Shown one piece after another: positions 58,189 to 64,000 of a DNA stretch of 64,000 bases. The number at the start of each line of letters is the position of its first letter. Position 1 is the stretch's first letter. The stretch is from contig CAWHBU010000003.1 of NCBI GenBank assembly GCA_963827685.1, positions 640,001 through 704,000 of the forward strand, in the 5' to 3' direction. The stretch is from an uncultured delta proteobacterium (GTDB lineage Bacteria; Desulfobacterota; BSN033; UBA1163). The translations under genes were made by a program, and so were the position numbers. Under the pieces are notes generated by a model. It saw only the letters and a list, made by a program, of their open reading frames with translations, made no database searches and had not been told where the DNA came from.

Positions 58189-59571
58189 ATGGACAAAGTC
58201 AAGATACTTATTGCCGAGGACGAAAAAACCCAAAGGGACCTTTTGGAAGGGTTTCTTGAAAAGGAAGGTTTCTCTGTTGAGGCTGTGGCCAATGGCAGGG
58301 AGGCTCTTCAGAAACTCGAAGGAGATTTTTTCGATATCGCCTTGGTCGATTATAAAATGCCTGAACTCGATGGCTTGCAAACCCTCCGGGAGATTCGAAA
58401 GCTCTATCCAGACCTCCCTGTCGTCATGATGACAGCCTACGGAACAGTGGAAACAGCCGTGGTCTCGATGAAAGAAGGAGCGTTGGACTATCTCACCAAA
58501 CCCATCGATTTGGACGAACTCCTCCTGATGCTTCAAAAAGTGATCGAGAGGTCCAGCCTGATCAAAGAGAATAAGGAACTGAAAACCCAGCTTCAGGAGC
58601 GCTATGCGTTTACCCATATTGTCTACGCGAGTCCAAAGATGGAGGAAGTCATGGGACTGGTGGCTCGGGTAGCGCCCAGCCAGACTACCATCCTCATCCG
58701 GGGTGAGAGCGGGACAGGAAAAGAGCTGATCGCTAATGCCATTCATTTTGCAAGTCCTCGCTCCGGAAAGCCTTGGGTGAAGGTGAGTTGTGCCGCAATC
58801 CCCGAAACCCTCCTTGAAAGTGAACTCTTCGGTCATGAGAAAGGAGCATTCACGGGGGCTACCCAGAAAAGAATAGGCCGATTCGAAGAGGCAGACGGCG
58901 GCTCCATCTTTCTTGATGAAATTGGGGACCTCTCACCAGGCACCCAAGTGAAACTTCTGAGAGTCTTACAGGACAAAGAATTCCAACGGTTAGGGTCAAA
59001 CCTCAGCCTCAAGACCGATGTGAGGGTGATCACTGCCACCCATCGAAACCTTGAGGAGTCGATTAAGACAGGCCTTTTTAGAGAGGATCTATATTATCGA
59101 CTCAATGTGATATCGATCACCCTTCCTTCCTTGAGAGAGAGGAGAGAGGACATTTCTCTTCTGATCGACCATTTTTTAAAAAAATATTCGAAAGAGAATC
59201 AGAAATCAATTTCTGATATCTCTAAAGAGGCAAGAACCCTGCTCCTTCGTTACCCTTATCCCGGAAACGTCAGAGAATTAGAGAACCTCGTTGAACGGGC
59301 AGTGGTCCTTTGTCGGGGAGAAATGATCACAACCCAAGACCTCCCTTTTCACCTCAAAGAGGAAAAACTTGAGAAACTATGGGAATCTTCCAAAAAAATA
59401 AAGAGTCTCCCCGAATCTTTGGAGGAGATCGAGCGAGACTCCATCGTCAAAGTCCTTCATCAACATCAGGGAGTTCAGACAAAGGCCGCTGAGAGCCTGG
59501 GCATCAGTGAGAGGGTGCTCCGATATAAAATGAAGAAGTATCAAATTCGTTTTGAAGAAATAAAAGGATAG
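58189..59571 (+). CDS. NtrC/ZraR-family sigma54 activator (start moved to MDKVK)
   Basis: Receiver, GESGTGKE, GAFTGA, PGNVREL, Fis HTH; the 25 upstream ORF-track codons come from a palindrome. Confidence 0.95.
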   Translation: MDKVKILIAEDEKTQRDLLEGFLEKEGFSVEAVANGREALQKLEGDFFDIALVDYKMPELDGLQTLREIRKLYPDLPVVMMTAYGTVETAVVSMKEGALDYLTKPIDLDELLLMLQKVIERSSLIKENKELKTQLQERYAFTHIVYASPKMEEVMGLVARVAPSQTTILIRGESGTGKELIANAIHFASPRSGKPWVKVSCAAIPETLLESELFGHEKGAFTGATQKRIGRFEEADGGSIFLDEIGDLSPGTQVKLLRVLQDKEFQRLGSNLSLKTDVRVITATHRNLEESIKTGLFREDLYYRLNVISITLPSLRERREDISLLIDHFLKKYSKENQKSISDISKEARTLLLRYPYPGNVRELENLVERAVVLCRGEMITTQDLPFHLKEEKLEKLWESSKKIKSLPESLEEIERDSIVKVLHQHQGVQTKAAESLGISERVLRYKMKKYQIRFEEIKG

Positions 59572-59629
59572 GATAGGATAGTAACAACTTTGGTCTCCTT
59601 TGGTATCGGAATGGCTTACTAAACAAAAA

Positions 59630-59722
59630 GAATGACGAATGACAAACCTCAAATTTAGAATTTAGATCGGAAAATTTGACATTTGGATTTTGTTTCACCT
59701 TTGAACTTTGACATTTGAAATT
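59630..59722. repeat. Inverted heptamer-like arms (AATGACA/TCAAAT ... TTTGACA/TTTGAAC)
   Basis: AATGACG AATGACA ... TTTGACA TTTGGAT ... TTTGAAC TTTGACA TTTGAAA. Confidence 0.6.
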
Positions 59723-59742
59723 TGGGTTCCGAGGAGTTCGAT

Positions 59743-60444
59743 ATGACCTATTACCGCTATCGTTTTTCATTTGGATATGGTTTGACCCCCGTCATTAAGA
59801 ACTTGATGATCATCATGGGAGCTGTCTTCCTCCTTCAAAAGATATTTGAAATCGGCACTATTCAAATCTACTCTTATTATTTTCTTTACTACTTGGCACT
59901 CGTTCCTATTTTGGTCTGGAAGGAATATTTCCTGTGGCAATTGGGTACTTACATCTTTCTTCATGGGGGGGTCTTCCATCTCCTGTTTAACCTTCTGGCC
60001 CTGTGGATGTTTGGTGGAGAATTGGAAAACTACTGGGGATCGAAGAAGTTTTTGCGATATTTTCTATTCTGTGGGATCGGTGCGGGCATCTGCACCGTTC
60101 TCTTTACTCCTGAGATTTATCAACGCGCCCCCGTGATTGGAGCCTCCGGAGCCATCTATGGATTACTTCTCGCCTTCGGTTGGCTCTTTCCCAATCGGCT
60201 CATCTACATCTACTTTCTATTTCCCATTCGCGCCAAATACTTTGTCGTCATTTTCGGCCTCATTGAATTCTTTTCTTCGATAGAGGGAGCGGGGGGAGGC
60301 ATAGCCCATGTGACCCATCTGGGCGGTCTTATTTTCGGCTTCTTCTATATGGCTTATCCAATGATCCGACTAAAGATTCGCCGTGAATATTATAAGCGGA
60401 AGTGGTCTCAGAGGGGCCCTGGTGGTAAGGACTATTATCATTAA
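59743..60444 (+). CDS. Rhomboid intramembrane serine protease
   Basis: WQL.TY.FLH...H..FN; GASGA; AHVTHLGG. Confidence 0.93.
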   Translation: MTYYRYRFSFGYGLTPVIKNLMIIMGAVFLLQKIFEIGTIQIYSYYFLYYLALVPILVWKEYFLWQLGTYIFLHGGVFHLLFNLLALWMFGGELENYWGSKKFLRYFLFCGIGAGICTVLFTPEIYQRAPVIGASGAIYGLLLAFGWLFPNRLIYIYFLFPIRAKYFVVIFGLIEFFSSIEGAGGGIAHVTHLGGLIFGFFYMAYPMIRLKIRREYYKRKWSQRGPGGKDYYH

Positions 60445-60452
60445 ACGATCCC

Positions 60453-60525
60453 ATTTCACATTTCAGATTTTTGATTTCAGATGTTAGATTTTTCAATCTA
60501 CGATCTACGATCTGCAATCTGCAAT
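60453..60525. repeat. Heptamer arrays (ATTTCAG)n then (ATCTRCR)n
   Basis: ATTTCAC ATTTCAG ATTTTTG ATTTCAG ATGTTAG ... ATCTACG ATCTACG ATCTGCA ATCTGCA. Confidence 0.7.
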
Positions 60526-61273
60526 GAACGAGATGATTTTCATCGGAACGAGCGGCTATAATTATCCTCACTGGTGGAATGGGGTCTTCTATCCGTCTGA
60601 CCTCCCTCAGAAAAAGTGGCTTGAATTCTACACCGAATACTTTGACACGGTGGAGTTGAATGTAACCTTCTACCGTCTCCCTAAAAAAGAGGCCTTTGAA
60701 GGCTGGTATAAGCGGACACCGAAGCGGTTTGTCTTCGCTGTCAAGGGGAGCCGGTTCATCACCCACATCAAGCGACTAAAGGATTGCCGGGAACCTCTTT
60801 CTCTTCTTTTAGACCATGCCTCCCCATTGAAAGAGAAATTGGGGGTGATGCTCTGGCAACTTCCGCCGCGATTCAAATTTCAAGAAGAGAGATTGGAGGA
60901 GTTCTGTGTCCTCCTTTCGACCCTCTCTCGTTCCAAAGTCCATCGTCATGCCTTTGAGTTCAGAGATGAATCATGGTTTTGCAATGAGGCTTTTCGGATA
61001 TTGGAGGAATTCGGTTTTGCCTTCTGCATCGCCCACGGTTCAGGCCTTCCTTATATAGAAAAAATAACGTCCAACTTTATCTATCTTCGCCTTCACGGTG
61101 GTGAAGTGCTCTACGGCTCAGACTATTCGGATAAGGAATTGAAGCAATGGGCGGGAAAAATCCAAGATTGGGGGAAAAAGGATAAGACCGGATTCGTCTA
61201 TTTCAACAACGATGCTTATGGCTTCGCTGTCAAAAACGCCCTGTCCCTGAAAAAATTCGTATCCCAAGAGTAA
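60524..61273 (+). CDS. DUF72 (YecE-like) protein
   Basis: IGTSG..Y..W...FYP; VELN.TFY; ITH.KRL; QLPP; EFR..SW; Y.RLHG; YFNND. Confidence 0.92.
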   Translation: MNEMIFIGTSGYNYPHWWNGVFYPSDLPQKKWLEFYTEYFDTVELNVTFYRLPKKEAFEGWYKRTPKRFVFAVKGSRFITHIKRLKDCREPLSLLLDHASPLKEKLGVMLWQLPPRFKFQEERLEEFCVLLSTLSRSKVHRHAFEFRDESWFCNEAFRILEEFGFAFCIAHGSGLPYIEKITSNFIYLRLHGGEVLYGSDYSDKELKQWAGKIQDWGKKDKTGFVYFNNDAYGFAVKNALSLKKFVSQE

Positions 61274-61274
61274 A

Positions 61275-61368
61275 CCCCGTTAGAAATTCAAGTTGGGCAT
61301 TTAAGCCCGCCGGAATTATTTAGAATGTAACCCTGCTGTAGAGCAGCGGGGCATTATTTCTAACGGGG
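61275..61368 (+). mobile_element. MITE copy 3, inserted at the DUF72 stop codon
   Basis: Same TIRs and interior similar to copy 1; TAAA duplicated at 61271-61274 and 61369-61372. Confidence 0.88.
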
Positions 61369-61417
61369 TAAACTATCCCCTGTACTCCCTCAGTGATAGG
61401 CGGAAATCCTATGCCCA

Positions 61418-61577
61418 GGACCGGGGTGGTCTCTCCGGAGAAAACTTGAAGCGGCACATTTGAGCAATGAGCCAAGGTGCAGATACCCTTAAAATGGCTC
61501 CTTCAGAACCACCCGCCGATTCCCCTCTCTCTAATGATCCACTTTTCAAGGTCTCGGAGGGGAGACCACCCCGATCC
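61418..61577. ncRNA. Candidate structured non-coding RNA (class and strand unresolved)
   Basis: GGACCGGGGTGGTCTCTCC pairs with GGGGAGACCACCCCGATCC (17/19); nested CTTGAA/TTCAAG and GAGCCA/TGGCTC helices. Confidence 0.35.
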
Positions 61578-61663
61578 AACTGCACCCGAGACTAACGGAC
61601 TACCATCCCCTAAATTTTTTACTTGCAAATGATTGAAATTTATGATAGTTATTATTTAAGTTT

Positions 61664-62062
61664 ATGTTAACTTCAGTTCCGGGTTTTATCCCAGGCTTCC
61701 TAAAGAGTCCGTCCAGACCCCCGACGGGTCATCAGCATTTGATGCTGGCCGGCATCCACCAAACCATTTTTCTTAATCAGTGGGGAGAACCGGAGACCCA
61801 GATAAGCCTTAAGAGGCTTGGAAGTCTCGATAAACTGGGGTCCATTTTCTTAATCGAGGACCCTGCCGGGGAAGCCCATCATTCTATCTGGATTTATAAG
61901 AAGAGGGACAAGATACTCTTCTTCACGAAAAAGAGACTCATCTCTCATTCCAGATGGAGCGAATTCAGAGAGCAATGGAAAAAATCAAAAGAGGAGCCTG
62001 ACTTTCAGGCGTCCAGAAAGTCCTCTCCCCTCCTCACCACGACTCTCTCCCTTGTTGCCTAA
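61664..62062 (+). CDS. Hypothetical protein
   Basis: ORF with protein-like WGEP..WIY..LFF pattern; AT-rich promoter-like region upstream. Confidence 0.45.
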   Translation: MLTSVPGFIPGFLKSPSRPPTGHQHLMLAGIHQTIFLNQWGEPETQISLKRLGSLDKLGSIFLIEDPAGEAHHSIWIYKKRDKILFFTKKRLISHSRWSEFREQWKKSKEEPDFQASRKSSPLLTTTLSLVA

Positions 62063-62790
62063 GCGAGACAGAGTTTCTCTGCCAATTGTTTTCCAGTGGC
62101 GGTCCTAAAGACTCTATCGATCAACTCCTCAACTTTTTTTCGGTCTTTTGAAATTCCTTCTTCTTCAATATTGACTAACCAATCTGCTTCATAGAGAACC
62201 TGGAAGTTTAGTGTCTCATCTTCTCTCGGGCTGTGATGATGACCAATGATGTCACAGATCTCTTCAACCATTTCCTTCTGGATATTTAGTCTTTCTAAAA
62301 TCTCCTTGGCAATAGCGGGCCCCTCCATCTCCTGATAATGGCCCGAATGGCTTCCATATTTCCTCTCCGCTTCATGGATCCCAATATTATGAAGATAAGC
62401 GGCCCCCATCACCACCAGAGGATCTCCACCCTCCATCTTCAAGATCTGTTCCGCATGCTTGGCAACTTTGATGGCATGATGGGTCCGTCTAAAATCGGTC
62501 CCAAAATATTTTTTCATTTCCAGAGCGATTCGTTCCCTTAATAAATCCTTCTGCTCTGCTTTTTGCTTTTCCTTTACCTCTTCGGGCACTGTGCCGACAC
62601 ACTGTTCGGCATACGGACACCACTGGGCACAACCAAAATCCAATTTAGGGTTGACGATTTCGTGGCCACAGCGACACCTACGCCTGACCTCATCTTTAAA
62701 GAACTCAACCCTCCTCCCGCATTTTGGACATTGGGTGTCGAAAATATCGCCTGGTTTCCAAAATCTCATATCCTGCCCTGGACACTTCAC
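62059..62790 (-). CDS. HD-superfamily phosphohydrolase with a Cys-rich N-terminal domain
   Basis: CPGQD..CPKCG..EFFKDE..CRCG..GCAQWC.YAEQC; H..HN(HD variant)IG..HHH..EAD. Confidence 0.85.
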   Translation of the reverse strand: MKCPGQDMRFWKPGDIFDTQCPKCGRRVEFFKDEVRRRCRCGHEIVNPKLDFGCAQWCPYAEQCVGTVPEEVKEKQKAEQKDLLRERIALEMKKYFGTDFRRTHHAIKVAKHAEQILKMEGGDPLVVMGAAYLHNIGIHEAERKYGSHSGHYQEMEGPAIAKEILERLNIQKEMVEEICDIIGHHHSPREDETLNFQVLYEADWLVNIEEEGISKDRKKVEELIDRVFRTATGKQLAEKLCLA

Positions 62791-63151
62791 CTTTTTTCTC
62801 CTTTTCTAAATTCTATTATTCTACGATAGATGAGAAATTTCATTGACTTATGTCAAAAATGGATTTGACTTTGCTTCCTTTGGAACTCTAATAAGATGAA
62901 CGGCAAGGCTCTACGATCATATCAGGTGAGAAAGACTACCCTGAAATGAAGCGGAGATGTTTCAAGTTCCTGATACGACTGATAGAACGAAGGGATTGGA
63001 GTTTGGTCAGTAGAACGTAAAAGCCTCATCGAACATCGATCAAGATTCCGTGACTTTTTTCTCTTGCAAAATCCTTAATCATGTGTTACCTGAATAAAAT
63101 TCGCATATTTCTATCCAAAGGAGGAAAAATGGGAAAGAAACGGAGGGCTCG

Positions 63152-63949
63152 ATGTCCGCGGTAACGATGAAGGAGCTTCTTGAGGCCGGGGTTCATTTCG
63201 GCCATGAGACGAAACGTTGGGACCCCAAGATGAAACCCTATATCTTTGGGGCAAGGAATGGAATATATATCATTGATCTCCAGAAGACTGCCCAACTCTT
63301 CAAGGAAGCGTATCAATTCGTTCGGGATATCGTGGCCAAAGGGGAATATATCCTCTTTGTCGGAACGAAGAAGCAGGCCCAGGAAACGATTTCTGAGCAG
63401 GCCAACCGCTGTGGAATGTTTTATGTGAATCATCGCTGGCTGGGAGGAATGCTGACCAATTTCCTGACGATTAAGCGATCCATTGATCGATTGAATAAAC
63501 TGGAAGCAATGAAGAATGAAGAGATATACAATCTCCTCCCGAAAAAAGAAGTCTTGGAATTGGAGAAAGAGAGGAGTCGGTTGGAGAAATCTCTGGGGGG
63601 CATCAAAAAGATGGATCGACTTCCTGGGACCATCTTCGTCGTGGATCCCAAAAAGGAAAGGATTGCCGTGAGGGAGGCTCGAAAAATTGGGATCCCCTCC
63701 ATCGGCATCGTCGATACCAATTGCAATCCCGAAGAGCTGGATTACATCATCCCAGGAAATGATGATGCGATCCGAGCGATCCAACTGTTCGCCACTAAAA
63801 TTGCGGATGCGGTCGTTGAGGGAAAACAGATTTATGAAAAACAACTCCAGACGGAGGGAGCTAAAGAAGAAAAAGAGAGGGCAGAAAAAGGAGAGCCCCA
63901 AAAAGAGATACAGGTAGAGGAAGTGGTCGAGAGAGTGGAGGAGGAATAA
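63152..63949 (+). CDS. rpsB: 30S ribosomal protein S2
   Basis: [15 protein letters not shown]; RWLGG.LTN; PGNDDAIRA. Confidence 0.98.
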   Translation: MSAVTMKELLEAGVHFGHETKRWDPKMKPYIFGARNGIYIIDLQKTAQLFKEAYQFVRDIVAKGEYILFVGTKKQAQETISEQANRCGMFYVNHRWLGGMLTNFLTIKRSIDRLNKLEAMKNEEIYNLLPKKEVLELEKERSRLEKSLGGIKKMDRLPGTIFVVDPKKERIAVREARKIGIPSIGIVDTNCNPEELDYIIPGNDDAIRAIQLFATKIADAVVEGKQIYEKQLQTEGAKEEKERAEKGEPQKEIQVEEVVERVEEE

Positions 63950-63955
63950 GGTTGA

Positions 63956-64000
63956 ATGGAAATTTCTATTGAATTGGTAAAAGACTTAAGACAGAGGACG
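63956..64000 (+). CDS. tsf: Elongation factor Ts (5' fragment)
   Basis: MEISIELVKDLRQRT directly after rpsB. Confidence 0.9.
   Translation, partial: MEISIELVKDLRQRT

Noticed and set aside
7111-60525. Short repeat arrays as CRISPR
   Set aside because: The units are 7-nt tandem repeats without unique spacers, and there are no cas genes.
62920-62996. Possible hairpin RNA (TATCAGG...CCTGATA) upstream of rpsB
   Set aside because: The stems are short and there is no terminator or recognisable motif, so support is insufficient.
526-63917. Numerous ORF-track entries overlapping called genes (e.g. 3552..4091, 14266..14949, 17595..18278, 34645..35247, 58162..58836, 63086..63901)
   Set aside because: They are antisense or out-of-frame shadows of well-supported genes with no recognisable motifs.

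Overview
Gene-dense bacterial chromosome segment. A deltaproteobacterial/Desulfobacterota-like origin is inferred from gene content (many sigma54/NtrC and PAS two-component systems), not demonstrated. From left to right: a partial GAF-GAF histidine kinase, fabF, a TatT-DctPQM (TPAT-type TRAP) transporter, a minus-strand run with menA and purL(large)-purN-purM-pfkB, and signalling genes. Next is a ~15-kb sigma54-driven gas-vesicle operon (41738->26502) with gvpA, three GvpC-like paralogs, gvpN, four GvpF/L proteins, gvpG, gvpO, a GvpJ/S-GvpK fusion and gvpJ. The operon also carries two Hsp20s, an ArsA/Get3-like ATPase, a CDC48/p97 ATPase, a GvpF-DnaJ fusion and an AT-rich three-gene lytic-transglycosylase insert, with an NtrC/kinase/receiver trio upstream. 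The rest holds an IS3 remnant flanked by two paralogous HTH genes, a PAS kinase/NarL pair behind a riboswitch-like leader, kce, gdh, a ZraPSR-like locus, rhomboid, DUF72, an HD protein, rpsB and the start of tsf. Non-coding DNA is highly structured. Two four-helix-bundle (23S-rRNA-IVS-protein family) genes each sit inside an operon bracketed by complementary heptamer tandem arrays, and similar 'empty' arm pairs occur at several other junctions. There are also three copies of a MITE with 4-bp target duplications, nested palindromes (two inserted in frame in proteins), an unannotated sigma54-preceded 36-aa membrane ORF and a candidate structured RNA. No rRNA, tRNA or CRISPR array was seen.
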